This document shows positions 8,971 through 17,775 of a DNA stretch of 64,000 nucleotides, one piece after another; position 1 is the stretch's first letter, and the number at the start of each line of letters is the position of its first letter. Under the pieces are notes generated by a model that did not search any database, was not told the DNA's origin, and worked only from the letters and a program-made list of their open reading frames with translations. A program made the translations under genes and the position numbers. Source of the stretch: an uncultured OCS116 cluster bacterium (GTDB taxonomy: Bacteria > Pseudomonadota > Alphaproteobacteria > Rhizobiales > TMED25); NCBI GenBank assembly GCA_902632055.1, contig CACPAS010000001.1, forward strand, positions 13,434 to 77,433, in the 5' to 3' direction.

Positions 8971-10185
8971 TCAGATAATACCTGACTTTTTAAGCTTCGA
9001 GATTTTCTCATTTGAGTAACCAAGATATTCACTCAGAATTTCTTCTGTATGCTCACCGTGTTGTGGTGGAGGATATCTGTATGTGATGCTACCCTCACTC
9101 ATCTTTATTGGATTGGCGATTAGTTTATATGGGCTCTCATTTTTATCTGTCCCTTTCATATCAATAATCATATCTCTAGCCATCACTTGGGGATCTGAAA
9201 AAACCTCGTCAAGTGAATTAATTGCACAACACCCAATATTCTTTTCTTCTAATTTCTCTAACCACCATTTTGTTTCGTGCATCTTTGTAATTTCATTAAG
9301 CTTATTTGTAACTTCCACACGGTTCTTCACCCTTTCGACAGCCTCCGCATATTTTTTTTCCTCAAGCAAATACTCACAAGATGCAACCTCGCAGAATCTC
9401 TTGAACGTCGCATCATTACCAACAGATAAAACAAAGTAACCATCCTTCGAAGGCATCACTTGGTAAGGCAAGATATTTGGATGTTGATTGCCCAATCTTT
9501 GAGGATTAATTCCAGTTGCCAAATAGTTCATCCCTTGATTAGCCAGCCAAGCTACGTGGGCATCGAGCATGGAGATATCAAGATGCTGTCCCTGATTTGT
9601 TCTGTCGCGATGCCTTAAAGCAGCTAAAATTGATACTGTTGCATACATTCCTGCCATAAGATCTGCGATAGATACACCTACTTTCATTGGCTCACCATCG
9701 GGATCACCAGTCAGGCTCATAACCCCACCCATTGCTTGAACCAATGCATCATATGCGGGTCGGCTTGCATAAGGCCCTGTTTGCCCAAATCCCGTGATCG
9801 AGCAATATATCAGGTTTGGAAATTGGTCTTTTAGCGAGTCATAATCTAAGTTGTATTTTTTTAGTGTTCCAACTTTAAAATTTTCGACAAGAATATCTGA
9901 CTTCGCTATCAATTCCTTTGCAATTGACTGACCTTCTTCACTACTTAAATCTAACGTTAATGAGCGTTTGTTTCTGTTAGTACCAGAGAAATAGGCACTT
10001 TGATTTGTGTCCTTTCCATTCTCATCCTTCATGTATGGTGGAGCAAATTTTCTTGTGTCATCACCTGTTTCAACTCTCTCAATCTTTATGATATCAGCAC
10101 CAAGGTCTCCTAAAATTTGTGTACAGTGAGGCCCTGCTAATACACGGGTTAAATCAAAAATCTTTATGTCTTTTAGTGGTCCCAT
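8971..10185 (-). CDS. family III CoA-transferase (CaiB/BaiF/Frc-like)
   Basis: 404 aa. N-terminal LKDIKIFDLTRVLAGP signature and a central GVSIADLMAG block containing the catalytic Asp position of this family. Confidence 0.85.
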   Translation of the reverse strand: MGPLKDIKIFDLTRVLAGPHCTQILGDLGADIIKIERVETGDDTRKFAPPYMKDENGKDTNQSAYFSGTNRNKRSLTLDLSSEEGQSIAKELIAKSDILVENFKVGTLKKYNLDYDSLKDQFPNLIYCSITGFGQTGPYASRPAYDALVQAMGGVMSLTGDPDGEPMKVGVSIADLMAGMYATVSILAALRHRDRTNQGQHLDISMLDAHVAWLANQGMNYLATGINPQRLGNQHPNILPYQVMPSKDGYFVLSVGNDATFKRFCEVASCEYLLEEKKYAEAVERVKNRVEVTNKLNEITKMHETKWWLEKLEEKNIGCCAINSLDEVFSDPQVMARDMIIDMKGTDKNESPYKLIANPIKMSEGSITYRYPPPQHGEHTEEILSEYLGYSNEKISKLKKSGII

Positions 10186-10289
10186 TTGGTTTATTTTAAC
10201 AATTTTATAAAAAGTCTATAATTAGCAATATAATATCTAGAAAAAATAGTATATAAAATACAAATAAGATAGAAAAAAGTAGGGAAAAT

Positions 10290-11168
10290 ATGAGTTTACT
10301 AACAGATCGCTTGAAGTACGAGGCAATAATAGATAGACCTAAATTAAAAGGGCCAAACGGCTCAAAAATAATAGTCTGGACAACGGTCAATGTAGAATTA
10401 TGGAATATAATTCGGCCAATGCCAAGAAATGCCTTGCCACCACCAATGGGTAATCAACTTCTTCCAAACGTACCGAATTGGTCTTGGCATGAGTATGGAA
10501 ACCGTGTTGGATTTTGGAGGCATCTAAACGCGCTTCAATCAAGAGATATTACAGCCACACTTGCAATAAATGGACATGTGTGCTCAACATATCCACGTAT
10601 CGCAGAAGCAGCTCTCGAGGCAGGGTGGGAATTTATGGGGCATGGATATGAGCAGCAGCCTCAGCACTCTCTTGATGATGAAGATGCGGAAATCGCCGCC
10701 GCGGTTGAAGAAATAAAATCCTTTACTGGGAAGCAGCCAATTGGTTGGGAAAGTCCTGGACTAACTGAAACTGAAGATACGCTTGATCTCTTAAAAAAGA
10801 ACGGAATTGAATATGTATGTAATTGGCCAATGGACGATTTACCTACAACCATACAAACAAAACATGGACCAATGCTCACACTTCCATATCCCCTTGAAAC
10901 AAATGATATTGTTATACACATTATTCAGCATCAGCCTGCGAATGTATTTTACCAACAGTGCAAGGAAACATTTGATCGGCTCTATATGGAAAGTGAAGAA
11001 AATATCAAAATCATGGCAATAAGCATGCACCCCTATCTTACAGGAACACCACACCGTATTGGTCATGTTGAAAAATTATACGATTATATAAACCAACATG
11101 ATGGTGTTATTCATATGACGGGTGAAGAAATATATCATTGGTATAAGTCCGAAACAAAAGCCGAGTAG
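10290..11168 (+). CDS. PuuE-like polysaccharide-deacetylase-fold hydrolase (cyclic-amide/allantoinase-like)
   Basis: 292 aa. Blocks HEYGNRVGFWR, EAGWEFMGHGYEQ, LPYPLETNDI and ISMHPYLTGTPHR line up by eye with PuuE-type allantoinases. Confidence 0.7.
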   Translation: MSLLTDRLKYEAIIDRPKLKGPNGSKIIVWTTVNVELWNIIRPMPRNALPPPMGNQLLPNVPNWSWHEYGNRVGFWRHLNALQSRDITATLAINGHVCSTYPRIAEAALEAGWEFMGHGYEQQPQHSLDDEDAEIAAAVEEIKSFTGKQPIGWESPGLTETEDTLDLLKKNGIEYVCNWPMDDLPTTIQTKHGPMLTLPYPLETNDIVIHIIQHQPANVFYQQCKETFDRLYMESEENIKIMAISMHPYLTGTPHRIGHVEKLYDYINQHDGVIHMTGEEIYHWYKSETKAE

Positions 11169-11179
11169 AAATATAAAAA

Positions 11180-11917
11180 ATGGATAATGCAAACCCATTT
11201 GAAAATAAAGTTGTCCTCATAACCGGTGCTGCAAGAGGTATTGGCAAAGCAACAGCAATCGAATTTGCAAAAAATAATGCTAAAGTTATTGCCGTAAGCA
11301 GGACAAAAGATGATCTTCTTGAGTTAAAAAAACAATTTCCAAAACACATAGAGATTTGGGATCTAGATATAACCGGCAATGAGTTTTTAAAAAAGATGGA
11401 TTCATTAGATCGATTGGATATTTGTATAAATAATGCTGGCGTGAACAGGCCAAAACTTATCGAAGATGTTGATGACGCAACTCTTGATTTAATGCTTGAT
11501 CTCAATATAAGAGCAACATTTCGTACGTCTAAAGTTGCGGTAAAATTGATGAAAAAAAACAACCAAGGAGTAATAATAAATGTTACATCCCAAATGGGGC
11601 ATATTGGCTCGCCAACTAGAACAGTTTATTGTCTAACAAAGCACGCTGTTGAAGGGCTCACTAAAGCTCTTGCAGTCGAAGTTGCACCATCAAATATCAG
11701 GGTCTGCTCAATTGCCCCAACTTTTGCAGATACGCCAATGACTAAACCGATGTTCGAAGATGAGAAATTCAAAAATTTTGTATATGGAATGATACCAATG
11801 AAAAAATTAGTCGATGTTCAGGATATTGTAGATGGCATATTGTATTTGTGCTCGCCGCAGGCTAAGATGATAACTGGAACAAGTTTACTCATTGATGGTG
11901 GCTGGACCGCGCATTAA
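11180..11917 (+). CDS. short-chain dehydrogenase/reductase (classical SDR)
   Basis: 245 aa. Has TGAARGIG (TGxxxGxG), NNAG and the catalytic YCLTK (YxxxK). Confidence 0.9.
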   Translation: MDNANPFENKVVLITGAARGIGKATAIEFAKNNAKVIAVSRTKDDLLELKKQFPKHIEIWDLDITGNEFLKKMDSLDRLDICINNAGVNRPKLIEDVDDATLDLMLDLNIRATFRTSKVAVKLMKKNNQGVIINVTSQMGHIGSPTRTVYCLTKHAVEGLTKALAVEVAPSNIRVCSIAPTFADTPMTKPMFEDEKFKNFVYGMIPMKKLVDVQDIVDGILYLCSPQAKMITGTSLLIDGGWTAH

Positions 11918-11932
11918 CAAAGGAGAATAAAT

Positions 11933-12886
11933 ATGGATATAAAAGTAAATCTTGATGCAATAAAAAAAGCATCAGAAGAACTCTCGAACTGGGGCAGATG
12001 GGGAAAGGATGACCAGATTGGTACTCTAAATCTTGTAACTCCAGAAGATATTATTGAAGCTTCCAAGTTAATAAAAAAAGGGAAAGTTTTCTCTCTGGGT
12101 ATACCTCTAGACAGGGAGGGTCCACAAAATGGTCTATTTGGTGGACGTTTCAATCCAATCCATCAAATGCTTGCAACAGGAACAGATGCAGTTTGCGGCA
12201 GACAAGATTGGAATAAAATTCGCTATGCTGATGATACACTTAATTTATGTGTTCAGGGTGCAACTCATTGGGACGCATTAGGGCATATATTTTATGAAGA
12301 CAGGGCCTATAATGGCCATGACCCAAAACAAATCGACGTAACGGGCCTAAATGTTCTTGGTATCGAAAACTCAAAAGATAAGATGAATGGTCGTGGTGTT
12401 TTACTTGATATTGCAAGATATCGAGGTGTTGATTGGCTTCAAGACGGTGAAGGTATCTCAAATGAGGAACTCGATGCATGTGCAAAGCAACAGGGTGTGA
12501 ACATTAAAAAAGCAGACTTTGTCATAATAAGAACTGGTCAGATGGAGCGATGTTTGAGCGAAAATGCGTGGGGTGGGTATGCAGGTGGCGACGCTCCCGG
12601 TGTAAAGTTTGAGAATTGTTATTGGTGCCATGAAAACGAGGTCGCGGCGATATGTTCAGACACATGGGGAGTAGAAGTTAGACCGAACGAAACCTCAGAG
12701 GCAAACCAACCATGGCATTGGGTCGTTATACCTGCAATGGGGCTTTGCATGGGTGAAATATTTTATTTAAAAGAATTAGCAGAGGATTGTGCAGCAGACG
12801 GTGTTTATGAGTTTTTCTTCTGTGGACCTCCACTAATAATCACAGGTGGAACAGGGTCACCTATAAATCCTCAGGTTTTCAAATAA
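11933..12886 (+). CDS. cyclase-family (kynurenine-formamidase/isatin-hydrolase-like) metal hydrolase
   Basis: 317 aa. The GATHWDALGH motif resembles the HxGTHxDxPxH metal site of the putative cyclase family. 15-nt spacing to both neighbours. Confidence 0.65.
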   Translation: MDIKVNLDAIKKASEELSNWGRWGKDDQIGTLNLVTPEDIIEASKLIKKGKVFSLGIPLDREGPQNGLFGGRFNPIHQMLATGTDAVCGRQDWNKIRYADDTLNLCVQGATHWDALGHIFYEDRAYNGHDPKQIDVTGLNVLGIENSKDKMNGRGVLLDIARYRGVDWLQDGEGISNEELDACAKQQGVNIKKADFVIIRTGQMERCLSENAWGGYAGGDAPGVKFENCYWCHENEVAAICSDTWGVEVRPNETSEANQPWHWVVIPAMGLCMGEIFYLKELAEDCAADGVYEFFFCGPPLIITGGTGSPINPQVFK

Positions 12887-12901
12887 GTAAGGAATTGGAC
12901 T

Positions 12902-14203
12902 TTGATAAGATATATTAAGAAACGCTCTGAGACTAATAATGCGAGTGAAGATAAATCATCAATTGAAGAGACGGTTAGATCAATCCTAAGTGATATTAGG
13001 GAAAGAGGCGATGCTGCGCTGAAGCATTACTCTGAACATTTTGATAACTGGAGCCCAGAGAATTTCAGATTAACCCACCAAGAAATTGATGCTGCGATAT
13101 CGAAGTTAAATAAAACTGAAATTGAAGATATTAAATTTGCACAAAATCAGATCAAGAACTTTGCACAAAAACAGCTGGAGACAATGAATGAGCTTGAAGT
13201 TGAAACGCTTCCCGGAGTATTTCTAGGTCATAAGCACATACCAATCGAGAATGTAGGATGCTACGTGCCGGGTGGGAGGTATCCAATGGTTGCTTCGGCA
13301 CACATGAGCGTACTTACAGCTAAGGTTGCTGGAGCAAAAAGAGTAATTGCATGCGCCCCACCCTATAATGGAGGTGCACACCCAGCAACAATAGCAGCAA
13401 TGCATTTCGCTGGTGCAGATGAAATATACCTAATTGGGGGAGTTCAAGCAGTTGGAGCGATGGGAATTGGTACTGAAACAATTGAGTCTGTGAATATGAT
13501 TGTCGGCCCGGGGAACTCTTATGTCGCAGAAGCAAAAAAACAAATGTTCGGAGAGGTTGGGATTGACCTCATTGCTGGACCAACGGAAACATTAGTTATT
13601 GCTGATGACACGTCTGATGGAGAAATTTGTGCCACAGATTTACTTGGCCAAGCTGAGCATGGACCAACATCACCTGCTGTTTTAATCACTGACTCTGAGA
13701 GATTGGCTGAAGATACCCTAGGTGAAGTTCAAAGGCTACTCGAAATACTGCCAACTGCAAACATAACAAAAGGTTCTTGGGAAAACTTTGGTGAGATTAT
13801 ACTCTGTGAAAATCAAGAAGATATGTTATTTGAAGCGAATAAATTGGCCTACGAACATGTTCAAGTGATGACAAAAGATCCATCATACTTTTTGAAAAAT
13901 CTCAAAAACTTTGGCTCTCTATTTTTAGGGCAAGAAACTAATGTTGCATATGGTGATAAAGTTATTGGTACAAATCATACACTTCCAACCAGAGAGGCAA
14001 GCAAGTATACAGGCGGGCTTTGGGTTGGTAAATTCTTAAAAACATGCACCTATCAAAGAGTTGAGAATAGGGATACATCAGCACAAATTGGTGAGGTATG
14101 TTCGAGATTGTGTATGCTTGAAGGATTTGCTGGGCATGCTGAGCAAGCCAATATTCGGGTTAGAAGATACACAGGTAAGAATATACCCTATCCTGAAAAA
14201 TAA
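12902..14203 (+). CDS. histidinol-dehydrogenase-family NAD-dependent 4-electron alcohol dehydrogenase (paralogue; HpsN-like candidate)
   Basis: 433 aa with a TTG start. The HisD Zn/catalytic blocks are conserved: [32 protein letters not shown]. The gene context is catabolic, not histidine biosynthesis. Confidence 0.85.
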   Translation: MIRYIKKRSETNNASEDKSSIEETVRSILSDIRERGDAALKHYSEHFDNWSPENFRLTHQEIDAAISKLNKTEIEDIKFAQNQIKNFAQKQLETMNELEVETLPGVFLGHKHIPIENVGCYVPGGRYPMVASAHMSVLTAKVAGAKRVIACAPPYNGGAHPATIAAMHFAGADEIYLIGGVQAVGAMGIGTETIESVNMIVGPGNSYVAEAKKQMFGEVGIDLIAGPTETLVIADDTSDGEICATDLLGQAEHGPTSPAVLITDSERLAEDTLGEVQRLLEILPTANITKGSWENFGEIILCENQEDMLFEANKLAYEHVQVMTKDPSYFLKNLKNFGSLFLGQETNVAYGDKVIGTNHTLPTREASKYTGGLWVGKFLKTCTYQRVENRDTSAQIGEVCSRLCMLEGFAGHAEQANIRVRRYTGKNIPYPEK

Positions 14204-14205
14204 AA

Positions 14206-14988
14206 CTAACCAGCTAATTTATGATACGGCGCTTGAAGACCTTCGATAACTTTTGGCATTGTTTTGTCGATATCTAGGATCGGCAAGCCATGAGTGGGTG
14301 CAATATATTTTATATCAAGTTCATCCACCAACTCTTTTAACCTTTTTGTGTAAATCTCCATATCGACAAAGTTAGTCCAAAATAGAGCTAACTCAGCAAA
14401 AACTGCTGAAACATCAAATAAATCAAGTGTGTCAGCTTCTTCAGCAATCATTCCGCAATGGCCATCCCAATGATAATGGCTGTAAGCAAAGCCATCACCA
14501 GGAAAAAGAAGGTTATAAGGGGTTATATATCCCCACAAGGAGGTTCTCATATCTCTGACAACTGGTTCAGCTGCAATAAAATTCATGCCACCGCCAAGGT
14601 CAATAGAGTCACCGACTTCCATAGCTTTAAAATTGCTACTGTAATTGGGAAACGCCATATGATAATCGTTAACATCACCATGAATTTCTATATCAGGGTA
14701 AATATTCAGGAACCTACCCACACCTCCCGCATGAGGCGTCTCTTGATGCGTAATAAATATATATTTTAGTGGAACCTTTTTCTTTTCCAAAATACCAACA
14801 ATTTGAGCATGCAATTCATTGAAATCCTTTGGGTGTCCTGTTTCAACGAGTAAAGCCGCTTCTTCCCCAATCACCAGATATGACGAGTTGTAGGAATGAT
14901 ATATCTTTCCTTGGTACCTCTGCTCTAGGCAATCGCCAAGCCAGTATACATTTTTTAGTATTTCTCGTGGTAGCTTACTTTTAGACAT
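14206..14988 (-). CDS. metallo-beta-lactamase-fold protein resembling the flavodiiron-protein core, no flavodoxin domain
   Basis: 260 aa. VYWLGD...SYNSSYLV...LVETG, then THQETPH in place of HxExDH, LWGY in place of HWPD, LFPGDGF, and APTHG. Confidence 0.6.
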   Translation of the reverse strand: MSKSKLPREILKNVYWLGDCLEQRYQGKIYHSYNSSYLVIGEEAALLVETGHPKDFNELHAQIVGILEKKKVPLKYIFITHQETPHAGGVGRFLNIYPDIEIHGDVNDYHMAFPNYSSNFKAMEVGDSIDLGGGMNFIAAEPVVRDMRTSLWGYITPYNLLFPGDGFAYSHYHWDGHCGMIAEEADTLDLFDVSAVFAELALFWTNFVDMEIYTKRLKELVDELDIKYIAPTHGLPILDIDKTMPKVIEGLQAPYHKLAG

Positions 14989-14990
14989 TA

Positions 14991-15854
14991 TTACCTCATT
15001 TGATTTCTTGGCACATAATGTGCTTTTGTTTTTGTTATGTCAAGTTCATCTAAAATATTATCAAGTAATTCAAACTGTTTTTGAACTAACTTTTTTCCTT
15101 TAAATATTTTACCATAACCCGGTGCCAGTGTTTCAATATCGTATGAGTCGTATACTTTCTTTATGTTATCTCGTAAAAGCCTTGTCTTTGCACCTTCAAG
15201 CCACCAGTACCTTGTGTTTAGTAAAAAAGACTTGATGTAGCTGATTGAGAACTCCTCCTCAGGATTTGTTATTATCCAGTCCTCTGTGTTTTTTTCTGCA
15301 ATTCCGTAATTGAACATATCGGAGGAGAATAGAATTTTTGTTTTTTCATCATATATCCATGAGGTATTTATAAGTCTCAAGGGTGCACTTATTATCTGTA
15401 TATTTCTTCCTGTATTCTTACCAACCTCACAGTCGACCGTGCCCCTTAGAATATTCGTAGGTATCTCTTTGAGGCTCCAGTCTCTCTCTTTATCTGTAAA
15501 ATCAAACCAGTCAGGGCCTTCAGGGTGAGGTGAATAGAATGCTACAACATTAAAATTGTATGTAATCGCTTTTACATTTCCAACTGACATAAATTCGTTA
15601 ATCCTAAGCGGTATTATTGATAATGGCGTATCTGGATCAAGAATAGATTTCAGTTGATGTAATATTTTTTCTTGATGGAAGAGGTAGCCTGTATCAAACA
15701 AAAAGGCCCCACTATCCTCTTTTATTAAATAACAATTCAGAGGAACAAAGCCGTTTTCGTTTTGTGGATATGCACTCAATCGCCCGTCAAGTTTCACAAT
15801 ATTTTGTATTGAAAAAGCTTTATTAGGTGATAGTTCTATTATATTATCTTCCAA
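14991..15854 (-). CDS. degenerate paralogue of the adjacent MBL/flavodiiron-core-like protein (metal ligands mostly lost)
   Basis: 287 aa, 2 nt upstream of the partner gene. Shares xWxY...LFxxDxF and APxxG blocks with it, but has LRINEFM instead of HxExDH and APGYG instead of APTHG. Confidence 0.45.
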   Translation of the reverse strand: MEDNIIELSPNKAFSIQNIVKLDGRLSAYPQNENGFVPLNCYLIKEDSGAFLFDTGYLFHQEKILHQLKSILDPDTPLSIIPLRINEFMSVGNVKAITYNFNVVAFYSPHPEGPDWFDFTDKERDWSLKEIPTNILRGTVDCEVGKNTGRNIQIISAPLRLINTSWIYDEKTKILFSSDMFNYGIAEKNTEDWIITNPEEEFSISYIKSFLLNTRYWWLEGAKTRLLRDNIKKVYDSYDIETLAPGYGKIFKGKKLVQKQFELLDNILDELDITKTKAHYVPRNQMR

Positions 15855-15935
15855 GTTAACCCCCTTAAGAAATACGTATTAGTAGCACCATTTAAATAAA
15901 ATTTTAAGTTAAAAATTACTTCTGTATGAAGAGCC

Positions 15936-16817
15936 ATGAATAAAACAGAAAAACAAACCTACTTCGAAAAAAATAAAGGCCCATTGTTCGCTGTTTTATC
16001 CTCCTTGGGCTATGGTTTAAATAACCCTCTCGCCGCAGTTGCTGCGCAAAATGGTATTTCAACAACCCTTTCAGTTATCTCTCGTGCATCATTTATGCTT
16101 GTAATATCTCTAATTTTTGCACTTGCGGGTAAATTAAATTTTAAAATTCCAAATGAAGTCAGACCGTATCTCGTGACAATGGCAATTACAACCGCATTTA
16201 TAAACCTATGTTATGTCGGTTCAATAAATTTCATTTCAGTGTCTCTTGCAGCAATTATTTTTTTCACGTTCCCGATACAAATACTTCTAGTAACAATAAT
16301 TAGAGGAGGTCAAAATATTAGAATTAATGATATCATCATCTTTGCAGTTGTTTTTGTAGGTCTGATCTTTGTCATTGTTCCGGATTTTAATAACATAGAT
16401 CCACTCGGCGTGTTATTAGCAGGATTGTCTAGTATGAGCGCAACTGCACTCTACTTTACAGCAGGTGTAGCCGCAAAGAAATGTAACCCCATCATTCTTA
16501 GTTTTTGGGTTCATCTATTTATATTGCCTTTGCTAGTCCTATCATTCTTAATCCTCTCACCGGCATTAGTACTGAATAACTTATCAATATACCTACCAGT
16601 GTTAATTATGTCACTTTGTTATATTGGCGCTTACTATTTTCAAATGTTGTCTCTAAAATTCACATCTGTTCTAATTTCAGGACTGTTTTTTAATACTGAG
16701 CCTTTGCTAACGGCTGTCGCAGCAGCACTTATACTTGATGAACGACTATTATTTTCTCAGTATATTGGAGGAATATTAATTTTTGTATCATTAATAATTG
16801 TTAGCATACGGAAGTAA
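15936..16817 (+). CDS. DMT-superfamily (EamA-like) transporter
   Basis: 293 aa with about 10 hydrophobic helices in two similar halves, typical of EamA/RhaT drug-metabolite transporters. Confidence 0.75.
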   Translation: MNKTEKQTYFEKNKGPLFAVLSSLGYGLNNPLAAVAAQNGISTTLSVISRASFMLVISLIFALAGKLNFKIPNEVRPYLVTMAITTAFINLCYVGSINFISVSLAAIIFFTFPIQILLVTIIRGGQNIRINDIIIFAVVFVGLIFVIVPDFNNIDPLGVLLAGLSSMSATALYFTAGVAAKKCNPIILSFWVHLFILPLLVLSFLILSPALVLNNLSIYLPVLIMSLCYIGAYYFQMLSLKFTSVLISGLFFNTEPLLTAVAAALILDERLLFSQYIGGILIFVSLIIVSIRK

Positions 16818-16819
16818 TA

Positions 16820-17059
16820 TTATAAGACCTGAATTTCAGAATGTATGCTTTCATGACTGTGTTTCATATAAATTAATTTACAATTTGACTCATGGCAAAA
16901 TGTTGGAAGGTCGATCTTAATCATTGGATCAGTGGCTATAATTTTGAGCCTTTCACCCTTTTCTAAGGTCTTTATTACTTTTTTAATTTTCAATATTGGA
17001 ATTGGACAATTATACCCAGAAACATCTATATTCTTTACTTTATTCATTATACCAAACAT
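16820..17059 (-). CDS. TusA-family sulfur-carrier/sulfurtransferase-like protein
   Basis: 79 aa. Has the IDVSGYNCPIPILK motif (conserved Cys-Pro-x-Pro of TusA/SirA). Confidence 0.7.
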   Translation of the reverse strand: MFGIMNKVKNIDVSGYNCPIPILKIKKVIKTLEKGERLKIIATDPMIKIDLPTFCHESNCKLIYMKHSHESIHSEIQVL

Positions 17060-17263
17060 TCGTTCGAAAATTACTAATAGGTCTTATAGCAATTAATAGT
17101 AGCATAATTTTTTTTCAAATCAACACGAATAAGGTCATACTTGAGATAAGCTTATTCAAATAGTTATTTGTAAATTTAAAAAATTAAGATATTTATTTTC
17201 AATGAAGTAAGTTTGAATATAGACTATAAAATTGAAATGTCAAAAGACTGAGAGCTCTAAAAA

Positions 17264-17764
17264 ATGTACGAATTAGAAATCAGCGATATTGGGATGTTAA
17301 TACTTCGTATTGCAATTGCTTACATTTATCTTCATGGTTTTTACATGATCGGATCAACGAAACTTAGGAGAGCTATTGGACGGCAGAGAACTAGCATACT
17401 ATTTCGTGGACTTGAGAAAACAGATTATTTTAACTTTTTGACATATTTTTCACATTGTTCAGCACTATTTATGATGGGCATGGGCAGTATTCTGATTTTA
17501 ACGGGGCTTTCGATAAAATTAGGGGCACTCTTACTAATTATCTTCACAATCCCTGCGATCATAGTACATAAACGGGAGTCAGTAAAATCACGTATACTAG
17601 CAGATAAAATTATGGAATATAGCGATAGTCAAACACATGATGACATTACATTATTAGCCAATTTTAGTCATGCGGGGCATCGTTCGTCAGGAAATAAAAA
17701 TTATATGCTCCTAGCCGTAAATATCTATCTCTTTTTAATGGATAACTCGGTTAGTTTTTTCTAA
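17264..17764 (+). CDS. DoxX-like membrane protein
   Basis: 166 aa. N-terminal LILRIAIAYIYLHG and a later GLSIKLGALLLIIF helix resemble DoxX family helices. Tentative. Confidence 0.4.
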   Translation: MYELEISDIGMLILRIAIAYIYLHGFYMIGSTKLRRAIGRQRTSILFRGLEKTDYFNFLTYFSHCSALFMMGMGSILILTGLSIKLGALLLIIFTIPAIIVHKRESVKSRILADKIMEYSDSQTHDDITLLANFSHAGHRSSGNKNYMLLAVNIYLFLMDNSVSFF

Positions 17765-17775
17765 AAAACTATTTA

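Noticed and set aside
10205-10390. 61-aa minus-strand ORF in the divergent promoter between the CoA-transferase and deacetylase genes
   Set aside because: It overlaps the 5' end of the PuuE-like gene, is made mostly of Ile/Leu/Phe codons from A/T-rich promoter DNA, and has no ribosome-binding context.
11107-11562. 151-aa antisense ORF spanning the deacetylase/SDR junction, plus similar long antisense ORFs (63463-63912, 19506-19919, 27900-28289, 25712-26089, 9083-9439, 56813-57169, 6226-6576)
   Set aside because: All lie fully inside well-supported genes on the opposite strand. Their products are low-complexity and Ser/Ile/Phe-rich with no motifs. This is the typical shadow-frame pattern of codon-biased genes.
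12902-14203. Annotating this gene as the biosynthetic hisD
   Set aside because: It sits in a catabolic operon with hydrolases and an SDR, far from hisC. Catalytic residues alone cannot separate HisD from paralogues such as HpsN. Reported at family level only.
17146-17155. 10-bp perfect palindrome ATAAGCTTAT in the 204-nt spacer as a regulator site
   Set aside because: It is a single short A/T-rich palindrome with no second copy or flanking symmetry, which is expected by chance in this composition.
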